Shown piece after piece: positions 12,599 to 24,559 of a stretch of 64,000 nt of DNA. Made by a program: the position numbers and the translations under genes. The DNA comes from Heteronotia binoei. Its lineage: Eukaryota. The stretch's first letter is position 1, and each line of letters begins with the position of its first letter. Under the pieces are notes generated by a model, which searched no databases, was not told the origin of the DNA, and saw only the letters and a program-made list of their open reading frames with translations. The stretch lies in assembly GCF_032191835.1 (NCBI RefSeq), contig NC_083232.1:56916001-56980000 (forward strand). Reading direction: 5' to 3'.

Positions 12599-12984
12599 TT
12601 TATTTGGAAGCCTTAACTTTTGTGTGTGGAGGTTGAGGGATTTCCTCCTCCCCATGTGCAAGTAACCAATTTTTTTTTTTTCAGTCAGCAACATCAATAA
12701 CATTTGTATTGAAAATGCAACATTTTAAATAGAGGCCTGGACAACCCAGGCCAAAGTGGTCCGGGTTGCGCTGCGAGTAGTTACTCCTAGTTTACACAGG
12801 AGTAATCTAGGGCGTTCTAGGGATGCGGAAGACCAGTTGTAGATAGTTGAACTCTGAATGGCCATTACAAGGGTCTTCTTTTATGATTATTATATTTCTG
12901 TTCGTTTGTTTGTTTTCCAAGGGAGCGTTTACAACCGCCACGTGCAGACAGAATCCGCCCACGAAGAAGCCGGCCCGGGGGCAG

Positions 12985-13350
<366 letters not shown>

Positions 13351-14149
13351 TTAAGAGACTCAGAAGCCGGTGGGAAGGAGGAGGCGGCTGCGGCGGCATG
13401 GGATTTTTGCGGACAGCTCGGGAGGAAAAGGGACTCCACCGTTTCCCTCGCCAATTCCTAACAAAGGCATTTCCATCCCGGCGAACAGCCAGATCAGAAG
13501 CAGTCCTTTGCGGCACGTTTTGGAGCGGGTCGACTGGGAGGGGAGCCCGGCGGATCGCCCCCAGCCGTCTTCCTGGCAGACTGCGCTACAGACTGCGGCC
13601 ATAACTTGTCTGAAATGCCCCAACTAAAGGCGGCGACAGGGGAAGGGGAGGTGGGGGGGAGAAGACAGAAGGTCGCTTCTCAGCCCATAACTAGACATCT
13701 CTTTAAAAGCCAGGTGGAGAAGGAAGGTGGACCGCGAGGAAGACTGCAGTCAGACTACCCCCGAATTAAGGAGGACGCCAACCCAACCCTGTCTAGAACT
13801 CTGGGCTTCCCTCCCCACCGCTTCAGACAGCTTGTTTGTTTCCTGTCCTACACAAACAAGGACGGGTCGCATCGCTCCCAGACCCCTTTCTCCTTTCCAG
13901 GACCGGGTTTATAACGGATCATAAATTTCTGGGAAAGAAAAAGGAAATGGGGGAGGGAAAGAAGACAACCGCCTCTCTCTCTCTCTTTTCTGCCCAGTCC
14001 CAGAATGGACAGCTTCCCACCCCCGCCCGCCTCTCCCGTGTCTGCTTTGCGCCCCAGCCTCACGTTTGTCTCCGGGCCCCTTCCCCAAGAGCCTGCGCTG
14101 CCGAACCGCCCGAGCCAGCCCAGCGCTCCGGTGCCATCGCCCAACCGGA

Positions 14150-14250
14150 GTTAGATAAATTTACGAGGCTAGAACCCATTAATGGGGCAATAAAAAGTTT
14201 TATGAGACTCATTTCCATACAATGCCACAGGCTCCCCGCGCAATGGCGCC
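14150..14250. promoter_or_regulatory. HOXA7 intronic homeodomain-site cluster (HB1-like)
   Basis: TTTACGAG, CATTAATG, CAATAAAAA and TTTTATGA within 100 bp near the donor. A conserved homeodomain-site cluster in the Hoxa7 intron is known (Haerry and Gehring 1996). Confidence 0.5.
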
Positions 14251-14387
14251 TCTGCTCTAATTAAAAGCAGCAAGGCAGGCGCGCTCCTTGCGAGGAAGTT
14301 TGCGTGCTCCGCATTGATCCGCCCGCTCGCCGACTGCCGGCGCGTTGGCCCCCTCCCCTCCGCCCCCCTTCCCGTCCTTCCCCATAC

Positions 14388-14766
14388 CTGAAGACCTCAT
14401 CCAGGGGTATATCCGGAAATTACTCTCAGCCTGGCTGTGCAGGTTGCCTTCCTCCGCTTTCTCACAGCTGGCTTTGGTTAAGTCATTGCAGAGGACGGGA
14501 ATGTTCTGATCAAAAGAGGCACAGTGAAGGTTGTAGGCATCTGAGCCCAGGCTGTATCCGGACGAGAACGGGCTCTGATATATGGTACTGTTCACATTGT
14601 ACAAGCCGGGCATGGAGGAGCTGAAGGCGCTAGCGCCTGGTCCATAGCCGCCTCGCTGGGAGTTGGTAGCAAAGGAGCAAGACGTAGGCTCTGCATTTTG
14701 GAAGAGAGAAGCAGCCCCCGTCGTATATTTGCTAAAAAGAGCGTTCACATAATACGAAGAACTCAT
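14388..14766 (-). CDS. HOXA7: Hox-A7 exon 1
   Basis: ATG at 14766, MSSSYYVNALFSKY...FRIYPWMRSS. Donor TCAG|GTATGG at 14388/14387, 379 nt, phase 1. Confidence 0.97.
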
Positions 14767-14840
14767 AATTTTGACCTGTGATTTGTTGTCCGGTAGGCTT
14801 CGGTGTCGGTTTTACGAGGTAGCGTGATATATGATAACAT
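14763..14840 (-). other. HOXA7 uORF2 (25 aa, MLSYITLPRKTDTEAYRTTNHRSKL*)
   Basis: ATG at 14840. Its TGA (14763-14765) overlaps the main ATG as ATGA. Confidence 0.55.
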
Positions 14841-14869
14841 TACACCCCCAGATTTACACCAAACCCCAT
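14840..14869 (-). other. HOXA7 uORF1 (MGFGVNLGV*)
   Basis: ATG at 14869 in strong context (AAAATGG). Its TAA overlaps the uORF2 ATG as TAATG. Confidence 0.5.
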
Positions 14870-14879
14870 TTTCTTTTGG

Positions 14880-14930
14880 ACTGAGCTGCCTCCACCACGT
14901 GACCAGTCATATGACCCCGTCCTCCAATCT
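14880..14930 (-). promoter_or_regulatory. HOXA7 proximal promoter (E-box, CCAAT)
   Basis: CACGTG at 14896-14901 and CCAAT near 14924. Confidence 0.5.
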
Positions 14931-17233
14931 CCTCCTGCATCACAGGTGGGATAGATCAGGGTGGCTCGCGAGGACCCTATAATGGACGGGCGAGAGGAGC
15001 GGATCGAAGGGCTGCCACATCCCCAGGAGGCGCGAGGGGGGACCGGGCCGGGGGGGTGGGGAGAGTTGCCCTTGCATGGCCGCCGAGACACCGCCGGCCG
15101 GAATCCAGATTCGCCTTCTTGGCTCCTCTGCTATGCAACGGAAGCCGGGTGGCGCTTCGCAATTGCCTTGTTCTGCCTGCGGGTCCCGGAGTCGGGGGGG
15201 GGGGCGGGGGGGCCGCTCCTCTGCTGCTCTCTCGGTCTGCAGTGATGTCGCCTGCACAGTTCAGGTGAAACCACCGCCCCAAGCCTGCAGCTCCGGCTGC
15301 CTTCCAGCCTCTGCTCCCCCCCTCCCCCTTCTTGTCCTTATTTCTTCTGGTTGCTGCTTGAAAACAGGGAAGGGAGAGGAAAGAAAATGTGAGACCCTTC
15401 CCCCCCCCCCCAAAAAAAGAAAAAAAAAGAAAATCCCTCTCTTGCCCATAAACATATTCCGGTGCAGTCAACTAAAACCATGGGATATACTTTTTTTTTT
15501 TTAAGGCGGCAGCAAAAACGATCCCGTAAATCATGCATCACTTTTTTTTTCCTCCTGCGGGAAAGGAAATAGTGAAATATTTATACGGGAGGTTTCTTAA
15601 TTTGCTAACAGATTTATTAAGATACTGACATAATGCATTCGGCTAATCTCTTCGGGCGGGATGAATGAAGCTTTAGGAAAGCCTTTTCGTCTCTCTCTCT
15701 GCTTGTCTGTTTGCAGACTGCACTGCCTCAAAGCCAGGGGAGACGAGGACGATGAGCGGTTCCCCCACGACTGGCATCTTTCAACACCTCCCCCCAAACA
15801 GAGCGAAGGCTCTCTTTGGCCCATTCCTGCTATCTCCGGCAGGAACCCGGAGAGGGAATTGGGTTGGTTGGAAATATGACAGGGATGCAGCTGGTGAACC
15901 TGGGCGCCTTTGCTGTCTCCTGCAGCAGCATAATTCCATCTCTGCACCAGCGCGCGTACCCAGGGAGAGAGAGAGGTTTAAAAAGAAGGCAAATAACAAA
16001 GGGATTTTCAGCACCTTTACAAAGGAGACTGGAAAGGGACTGGCGGTCCGGTTTTGGTCCCCGCTAACCCAAAGTACCTCTGTGCTAGCAGGGAAGACCC
16101 TCCCTTTCCCCGCGCCCACTCAGGCTCCTAAATTTCTAAAAATTTTCAACCCCCCCCCCCCCCCCAAAAAAAAACAACAACCCACAATGAGGCTGCTTCC
16201 CACTGAGGATGTTGCATCCGACCCTTCCTTTAAACGGATCGTAAAAGCAGTTTCCTTCCTTCAGACGGAGAGTTTGGTAAAGGCCGCTTTTACTGCCCCT
16301 GCTATATTGCACATCATAAACTGGAAGGAGGACAATGCGATTGCTCCGGAAATTCTCCCTCTTAAAGTACGGAGTTTGGTGTGTCGTGAGTGCACAAAGA
16401 AGTTCTCACCAGTTAAAATAGTCCCTGGAGATATTTCGCAGGGACCTTTGAGAAGGTACAGTTTGGTGACCCGTTGAGAGAGGCTGGGCGAGGGGACCTG
16501 CTGGACCCACAGCGAGGGGGCTGTCCGGCGGCCCACCTTGCCAGGGGATGATAATCCGGCTATTGCACCATAAAGGTGGGACAGAGATTGTCTCAGGTCC
16601 CTCCCGGCTATTGAAGGGCGTTGCTGAAAGTCTGCCCGGGAGTCTGCGAGAAGGGCTGTTTCTGGCACACAGGCGGGCAGGGAAGGACCCCTCCAGGCTC
16701 CCTCTCTTTCTGCGGGACTGACAAAGGCGCAGGGATCCCTCTCAGCACCCCAAGGCAGGCAGGAACAACCCGAGATGCTGCTGCTGCTGCTGGAGGTGGT
16801 GGTAGGGATTCCCTCCCCAATAATCCTATTTTTAAAAAAGAGCGGGAGGGGTGGGGGGGGTAGATCTCCTGAGAGAAACGACAGAGAGAGCTTTAAAAGG
16901 AAGCGAAAACCTGCCGAGCCCCCGAGATCAAAGCGGCGGAATGAGCCGGCATCAGACCCATAAATTGCTCCTGGGGTGACACCAGAGCCAGATGCCAGGA
17001 GGGAGCAGCAGAAAACAGAACCGCCAGTCTAGACTTGGGTATTGATAAGGCAGGACAGAATTTTATAGATGAGTCTTCTCGAAAGGGCACCGTGAAGTGC
17101 AAACGCCGGCCTAGGCCGAAGGTTCAGGACACACCGCGGTCCCCAAACCTGTTCGTTAACCGCATTAGTTCCCACCCCATCCCGGCTCCTGGTTACGTTG
17201 CTCTTAATCCCTCTCTTGGACAGGTTAGGGGTA

Positions 17234-17236
<3 letters not shown>

Positions 17237-17266
<30 letters not shown>
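17237..17266. repeat. (CA)15 microsatellite
   Basis: Read directly. Confidence 0.9.
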
Positions 17267-17270
<4 letters not shown>

Positions 17271-19834
17271 TGTACGAAGGAGGCTCCGAGGAAATGCACG
17301 AGAAGAATCCCTTCAGGAATTCCCTTCCCCGGGGGGATCCCCGCATATTCGCAAACGGGACTCGATCCAGGCGAAGCTTTCCCGGGAATGTGCCCTTCAG
17401 TGAGCAAGAGGTGGCTCCCTTCAAGCCCGCCCGCCCGGTTTGCGGCAGATTTCTTTAACCTCCGGCTTTGCAGGCCCGAAGTCTGTGGGTGCTGCTTCCT
17501 CTTCGCTAACCTTGCAGGGGACGGGGCGACTCCTGCCAGACCACGCCGCTCTCTTTAGGAACTTGGGATCCTCCGGCGTCTCATTAGGCCGTTTTTCTCT
17601 GGCTTATTCGGGACTATGCAACAAAAAGGGAACCTTCGGGTTTTGATTTCAGGGCAGACGAATTCGGTGTGGGTGACATCACCAAGCCGCTATGAAAGCA
17701 CCCCTTCGTTAGCGAGAAATATATTCGGACCCTATTGTGAGAAAATCCCCTTGCCCTTTGCTACTGGAGACGTAGGCTCAACACTTCTCCCCGGCTTTTA
17801 GAATAAAATCTTTTTGTCCGTTTCCATCCCTGCTACAGAAATAAATAAATAAATAAATAATATTTTTTGGTGAAAAAAAACCAATCTATTTTACCTTCAG
17901 GGGACCTCAGAGCGCTCCTTTTGTTGACATGGTTTCCTTGCATAATCTTGTGACTTCCCCGCCCCCACAATAATTTCCAGCATTTCTCTCCTACATCCAC
18001 AGTTGTGCCCCTTAAGTGTCCGCTTTCTGACAAATACCAGTTCTCTTAATCTACCCTGGTAATGCGGTTAGATACCCAGTATGGGTAACAATAACCGAGC
18101 CAACAAACCCAGAAGCGGTGTTTTTCTTCTTTTTATGAGAGAAATTGTAAAGAAATAGCAGGGACCTTTCCAGAATGCTTTTGCGGAGGCATGTGGTTGT
18201 TCCTGGGGTGTATCAGACTGCCGGCATCTGCAGGATATAATTAAAACGGGTCCCACAGAGGCGAAATTACTTGGGAAACCAGCGGCGCCCTTAACTGCAT
18301 CGCTAACATCTGCTGAAGAATTTCAGTGGCCGGTAAATAATTTTCAAATTAAAATTTGCAACCTGGCCACTTTTTTCAGCACTTCTTTGTAGGTTTTTTT
18401 ACAGAATGATTTGACTCGTTGCAGGATTAAATAGCTTCAAAAGATTCATGCACTAACGACGGAGCCTTTAAAGAGAGAGAGTAATTTCGGTAATGCGGGT
18501 TCTTTCCATGGGGGTATGTTGCCTACTGCGTTGTAGATGGTCCAACAAAATATTATTCTTACCGACTGGGAATTTTGTTACAGCGGGTAACCCGGCCACC
18601 TGGTTCCGAACCAGATAGGAATTGCTTGTAGAATCAACAGCATGGCTATTCGAAGCCCGGTTGGTATCCAGATTCTCAGTTATAACATTGTTCAAGTAAA
18701 GGGTAAACAGTTTACTTATTGCTCAAGCAATCACTGTAAAGGTTTACTTGACCACGAAGGGGTTAATATATGTGATTAAATTTCGTGGATATATGTAGAT
18801 AGCTATCGACAGGCATATACTTTACATTTCCATATTGTTGTACCTATGTATTAAATGGCACGTGTGTTTTTTTTACTAGAGACAACGTACTTCTGTTTCC
18901 TTGTATTTTACACTCATACCCCATAAACTCAGTAAATATGTACACTATATACACACAGTTGCACATATTGTTTTATAGTAATCCAGTCCAAGGCTAAGAA
19001 AAATGGGCTGGCTGACCATAAAAACATATAAACAACAATATACAACCGTTGAATGTTTGTAAAGAAGTTATGGACATATCACATTTTCGCACTATAGATC
19101 TACATGCATACATGTATGAAAGGGCAAACAAGAGAAGCAGGGTTTGTTCATTTGCTTGGCGGGGGATTAATTAATGAAAAATGTTCAGAGTTAATTTCTT
19201 TTAAAATAAGCATGATAAGGATATCTCGGAGTTCTTATTCGCTGAATTTAATGTCAACGAAATGACATTTAAGAAACAAATATATGTGGCATTCATATAC
19301 ATATACTGAAGACTCTTGTCTTTGTTTTAAAATCAAATCAGTAGTTCCAAATCCGCACATGCTCCGAGAAGTCGACATTTTAGAAGCTTTCTGTCGGTTT
19401 CATGGTGGATTAGTCCTTGTTTTCGTGGAACAACAGTGCCATCTGCTGTTCTATCTTGGTCATTACAAGCAATAAAATCGGCTCAGGAATCTTTCAAAAC
19501 TGCAAACTTGCTCGGTATCTGCCACTGCAACTGGTTAATAATCTGCTTGTGCGATGAAGGAGCAATTACAGAAAAAATCCCAGCTGCAAATTCATTACAG
19601 ATAAAGTCCAGCCTACATTTAAGAGGAAAAGGGGATCATAAAAGCGGGCTATTTCCGCACAGCCGCTTTATCTGAAACAGCCAGACAAAACAAAATGAAA
19701 GGGCTTTTGTAGAAAATCTTAATTGTGGCTGGACAGTTGTAAACTCATTAAGGGCCGAATTCCAGACAGTTTGCAGACCCGCCATTTATTACGCGCTTCT
19801 AGCGCTGATTCTTTGAAGTCCTCCACTGTCTGCA

Positions 19835-19848
19835 ACAACAGAGGGCGT
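19835..19848 (+). promoter_or_regulatory. Candidate CTCF site between HOXA7 and HOXA9 (C7|9-like)
   Basis: ACAACAGAGGGCGT, 11/14 match with intact CAGAGGGCG core, about 1.3 kb below the putative HOXA9 3' end. A strong A7|A9 CTCF site is known in mammals. Confidence 0.35.
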
Positions 19849-21118
19849 CCCAGCATCCCAAACCATCGGAACAGGCATCAATTAGCGACTTTCCCCCCTT
19901 AGCTACACAAGAACTGTTTCGCTTTTTGCTAATTAAACACATATCACCAGAAAAATCCTTTTTAAGAAAAACAACAACCAAAGAGAGCGGAGGCCAAAGA
20001 AGAAACGCCTGAACATTCGAACTTTTGCAAAGTTTTGAGATTCTGAAATTTCTCCTCTTTACCCCTGAAGCATTTTACACCCCATAAACAGTTACAGCCG
20101 TCATTTTCTTTTATGGCTGTGCAGGCTCTGCATTTTCCTAGCAGCGTCTTGAGCCAAGGCTTGTTAGCGGGAAGTGTGCGGACTTGTTTTGGCTTTAGAA
20201 AGAGACCGGGCCATTCAGGCTGCAAAAGAATTTCTGCTTGTTCTCCTGGACGGTTCTGCTCCGGGTGGCGTTCTGGGGCCGCCGCCGCCGCCAAGCCAGA
20301 CCGGGAGCCTGGCCCAGGAGCCGCTGCCCACTCAACCCAACGAGCCGCTGAAGCGCAGCGCTCAAAGCCCCGAACGCCGTTTTCTCCCACAACCCCTCCC
20401 GGCCCAATCCATTGTTAAAAGAACCTCAGCTTCTCCTCGAAATTAAAACAATCGCAAACAAAATCACCACGAGTGTTGTCTGAAGGCAACCCTCTTCCGC
20501 TAGATTTCAAATCTTATGTTAGTATTTCGCCAGGGAGAAGGCGAGAGTAGCTAACTTTATTTTTTTATTCTATTCTATTTTATTTTATTTGCCAGGGGAG
20601 AGCTTTCTGGGTGAACAGAAGGATGAAATTTCATACCGGTGGCTTTGGTCAATCGACTGTTTGCCTTTTCTGGAACCTGCTCGGTTGTGTTTGTGAATAT
20701 TTCGGCTGGATACTTTTAAACTCCTGATTGGGGAAAAGGCAATCCCCGCACCCCTCAAACTTTCTCTTGCCTTTCACTTTAAGGCATGCAGAATACCTGC
20801 TATTCCCGGTCTCAAAATTGGGCTTTGTGAGATTTTCGGATGTTCTCAGAGAAGTACCCTTTACGGTGCGTAAAAGGAAGCAGCCCACCACCTTCTAGGG
20901 TAAACCCCCCCTCCGATCTCTGTCTGAAGGGCAGCAGAATCGCCAGAAGTTAGTTCCAAGAAAAGGAGCAGGACTTCCTTTTGAGGAGCGGTGTGGAGGA
21001 TCTGAGGTTAACTCACATCTCCATGACTTCATATCTACCTATTGGAGGACTAGCGCCCTCTTAATAATCTTAAAACATCACAAAATATATATATATATAA
21101 AAAAGAATCAATATATAC

Positions 21119-21124
21119 TTTATT
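21119..21124 (-). terminator. Candidate HOXA9 polyadenylation signal
   Basis: AATAAA on the minus strand at the end of an AT-rich 3'UTR. An alternative AATAAA lies near 21308. Confidence 0.35.
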
Positions 21125-21380
21125 TTGCAAAAAAAGTTAAATATCATTTGGACACAACTATTTGGTCAGTAGGCCATGAGGTAACTATTGCAAAATATAC
21201 AGTGTAGCTTCTGCATAAACAAAACTTCCAGGATTTAAGGTTGTTTTCTTTTTTTTAATAATTGGTACAAATCTACAATAACCAAAGGTAGGTTTTAGAG
21301 CGTATAATTTATTATCAATAAAATTAAATTTCATTACAACAAGAATCAAATTATTTGATTAAACTTAAAAACGTAAACCA

Positions 21381-21388
21381 TAGGTAGT
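21381..21388 (-). promoter_or_regulatory. miR-196 8mer site in HOXA9 3'UTR
   Basis: Plus strand TAGGTAGT equals ACUACCUA in the mRNA. Confidence 0.65.
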
Positions 21389-21965
21389 TACCTTTTCACA
21401 TATATGTATAGCTCCGATAGCTGAAAACCGCTCACGGGTGCAAAAACAATATTCAAGCTAATCTGATTATTAAGGGTTTAATCTTTAATATATAGATTAT
21501 TATATACAACTGACGAAGACGGTGCTATATATATAGATATATAGATCATTGTTTTCTGTGCATACTAAGATGACTCGCTTTAGAGGAAGGAAGAGCTCCT
21601 GGTCTCTTTTAAAGCTCAAATTATTCCCCCCTCTTTGTTTTTAAAAACCTGGGGGGGTGAGAGAGGGGGAGAAAGAATATTCTTTCCCATACAATCCAAG
21701 GTTAACTGTCTAACAATACAGAAAAAAAGACTTCTTACACTACAGAGCTATACTCTATGCAACTTTTATAATAAACAACCTGAGTTCAAATTGAATTCTA
21801 GCTTTCACAATCACGTCTGGTACAGCACCCAAGCACAACAATTGAGTCACAAATATAATTGCCACGATAAAACACAGTGTTCAAGTATTCGAGCAGACTT
21901 CTCTCTGCCACGCAAAGAGCAAATAAAATTAACTACTTCGACTAACCTATACAGTCCGTAAAGAG

Positions 21966-22126
21966 NNNNNNNNNNNNNNNNNNNNNNNNNNNNNNNNNNN
22001 NNNNNNNNNNNNNNNNNNNNNNNNNNNNNNNNNNNNNNNNNNNNNNNNNNNNNNNNNNNNNNNNNNNNNNNNNNNNNNNNNNNNNNNNNNNNNNNNNNNN
22101 NNNNNNNNNNNNNNNNNNNNNNNNNN
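21966..22126. other. Assembly gap (N run) in HOXA9 3'UTR
   Basis: Run of N. Confidence 0.99.
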
Positions 22127-22392
22127 AAGCCAACAAATTAGCTTTGCGCGTTAATAATGCCCCGTTTTATTTCCTATGATCAGACAATGGGGAAATCATG
22201 GTACCTCCTGAATAGCACCGGGGTCCAGCCATCAACCCTACGCTGGCGAGGTACATTCAAGAGCTGAATTGGCAAGGACAAAAATCAACGTCGAGGCCTG
22301 CAGGGGGGGGGGGTGTTTGATGGGGATTGTGGTTGTGTTGCGTTGGAGGAGGAGAATTCTGCAGCTGGAGGGGGGAACCCGCACCCCGGGCC

Positions 22393-22631
22393 TCATTCGT
22401 CCTTTGCTCGGTCCTTGTTGATTTTCTTCATTTTCATCCTCCGGTTCTGAAACCAGATTTTCACTTGTCTCTCGGTTAGATTCAGCAGCCGGGCCACTTC
22501 GTACCGTCGGTCCCTGGTGAGATACATGTTGAAGAGGAATTCTTTCTCCAGCTCCAGCGTTTGGTGCTTGGTGTAAGGGCAGCGCTTTTTCCGGGTGGAT
22601 CTCGCGTGCAACCAGTTCGCAGAGGGGTTAT
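22393..22631 (-). CDS. HOXA9: Hox-A9 exon 2 (homeodomain)
   Basis: Acceptor CAG|AT AAC at 22632/22631. (N)[81 protein letters not shown] at 22393-22395. Confidence 0.98.
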
Positions 22632-23774
22632 CTGGAGGGAAACGACGCCCAGAGGTTAGGGGAGACAAGAAGCCCCTCCAAAACAGCCCGCAATTGTGGC
22701 CTCCCCTTGGCGCGCCCTCCCTCCTTCCCACGCCCCCCCTTCCTTTTGAAACCGGTAGGTGCCCTGATATTGGCGGTTTACGACGTCCCTTTCATTGGGA
22801 CAGACATACACGGTGGGTCAGACACAATAGACGAAACAGCCACTCGGAGAGGCCACATAGAATTACTTGCACTAAAACGCCACCGGCCTCCTCCTCCCCC
22901 TCCCCCTCTCGCCTTCATATTGTTTATCTAGACTGTACTTTTCAAGCCCGGCTTTCCTCCTCCTGTCCCTCCTCCCCGCCGAGCCCCTGATTCCGCCCCG
23001 CCACCCCCCATCCCCAAGAGAAGCGCATGGCATTGGGAATGTGTCCGTTCTCCACGCTGACCTTCTCCTGTCCTGTATCGCCCACCCCTGGGAGCCCTCC
23101 ACGCCACTCCACGCGAGACAGGCACAGACCCCCAGCCCAGCCCAGCTCGGGCCGCCTTAGGAACCTGACCCGCAGCCTGCAGGGCCCTTGTCTTTTGCGC
23201 CGCCGCCGCCTTCGCCCTGGCCTGGCTGTTCAGTCCAACACAAGGCAGACCGAAAGAAGGGGAGGGGGGTGGAAGCAAAAAGATCTCTCTCCCCACCCCC
23301 ACTCCCGCTCAATTTTGCTTAGGTTTCTTCCTAGGTAAGTCATTCGTCACAAAAGGATCAGATTCACATCCAGCGCTCTGTTTTGGCAGAGAGGATTTTC
23401 TCTCCCCACTCCACCCCCACCCGCATCTCTCTAAGGAAAGTGGCCTTCTGGAGGCGCCCCTCTCTCCTCCCCCCGCCCCGCTCTCCCCCCTCTAGCTTTT
23501 CAGCTGCTAAAGCCGGGACCCTGCCAGCCAGCCAGGCAGCCAAGCGCGCCAAGGACGCGCGGGGCGCTCATACCCCCGGTTCCGCCCGGCCCACGTCAGT
23601 GCCCCTCAGGTGCCACTCTCGCCCCCCCCCCCCGCGGCCCGGTGAAAGCACTTTCTGGCCCCTGCAGGGCTCCAACAGCACCCCCCCCCCCACGCTGGCC
23701 GGCCAAGCGGCCTCTGCCCAAGCCGCCTCTCCCGGTGCCGGGGCGCCGGCTGCCAGGCGGCGGACGGGACTTAC

Positions 23775-24342
23775 TTGGGTCGAGCTGGGGTTTGTCTCCG
23801 TTGGCCTCGCTGTCCCCATTGTTTTCCGAGAAGGGCCCGTCGTTGGCTTGCTTATCCCTATCAGCTGGAGGAGAACCACAAGCAAAGTCAGTCAGGGAGA
23901 GTGCGTGCGTGTCAAAGGTGGTACAGTCACCCCGCCGGGCCGGGAGCGGTTCCGGTTTAATGCCGTAATGCCTGCTGGCGGGCAAGCCGGGGAAAGAGAG
24001 GGAGCCCGGAATGGGCTCCAGCCACGAACGCATGTACCTGCCGTCGGGCGCTGCTGCCAGGGGGGCCTGCGGGTGCACGTACGGGTGGTACACGGCGGCG
24101 GCGGCGGCGGGCACATTGCCGGCGCTGGGCGGGTGCACGGCGTTCCAGGAGGCACTGAAGACGGCCGCCTTGGACTGGAAGCTGCAGGGGGCGAAGTCCG
24201 GGTGCTCGCCCAGGCCCGCCTGCCGGCCCGCCTGGCCCAGAGGAGCCGAGCCGTAGCGGGAAGGCACCAGCTCCTCGTTCTCGTGCAGCAGGAAGGAGTC
24301 CACGTAGTAGTTGCTCAGCGTGCCGGAGGAAGACATGGCCAT
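23775..24342 (-). CDS. HOXA9: Hox-A9 exon 1
   Basis: ATG at 24342 (strong Kozak; second in-frame ATG at 24336), MAMSSSGTLSNYYVDSFL...DGRYMRSWLEP...YGIKPEP...DKPQLDP. Donor CCAA|GTAAGT at 23775/23774, phase 1. Confidence 0.96.
23865..24037 (-). other. HOXA9: HOXA9T alternative internal intron (173 nt)
   Basis: Donor GGCAG|GTACATG at 24038/24037 and acceptor CTCCAG|CTGA at 23865/23864, exactly 173 nt. Splicing gives ...DGS* without a homeodomain, as in the described Hoxa9T isoform. Confidence 0.85.
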
Positions 24343-24405
24343 GCCGGCCGGCCCGGCCCAGCCCGGCCCGGTGGGCTCCGCGGAGACAGGCACGACCCGG
24401 GGAAA

Positions 24406-24426
24406 TTATGAAACTGCAGATTTCAT
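24406..24426 (-). other. HOXA9 leader uORF (MKSAVS*)
   Basis: ATG AAA TCT GCA GTT TCA TAA in poor context (TACATGA). Conserved Hox uORFs are described by Ivanov et al. 2022. Confidence 0.65.
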
Positions 24427-24484
24427 GTAACAACTTGGTCCTGGCGAAGAAGTACAGTCACCTAATAAGTTGAAGGCTGCCTGT

Positions 24485-24515
24485 CCGCTCATTGGCTGCC
24501 GGGTGTCACGTGGCC
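24485..24515 (-). promoter_or_regulatory. HOXA9 proximal promoter (CCAAT and E-box)
   Basis: ATTGG 24491-24495 and CACGTG 24507-24512. Confidence 0.55.
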
Positions 24516-24559
24516 GGGCAGCAGAACAATAAAGTATAAATCAGTCCGCAGGCTATTAA

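Noticed and set aside
14900-22300. Coding remnant of HoxA8
   Set aside because: No homeobox or hexapeptide-like sequence seen in any frame. HoxA8 absence is normal in gnathostomes.
23331-23340. Perfect plus-strand donor CTAG|GTAAGT in the HOXA9 intron
   Set aside because: One or two such 8-mers are expected by chance in 64 kb on two strands, and there is no other support for an antisense exon.
24343-24393. N-terminal extension of HOXA9 (MPVSAEPTGPGWAGPAG) in the ORF track
   Set aside because: Starts at GTG, not ATG. A strong-context ATG at 24342 matches the known N-terminus.
23383-24411. 342-aa plus-strand ORF antisense to HOXA9 exon 1 (and similar antisense ORFs over HOXA5, A6, A10 and A11 exon 1)
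   Set aside because: Expected shadow of GC-rich coding exons, with low-complexity translation and no recognisable domain.
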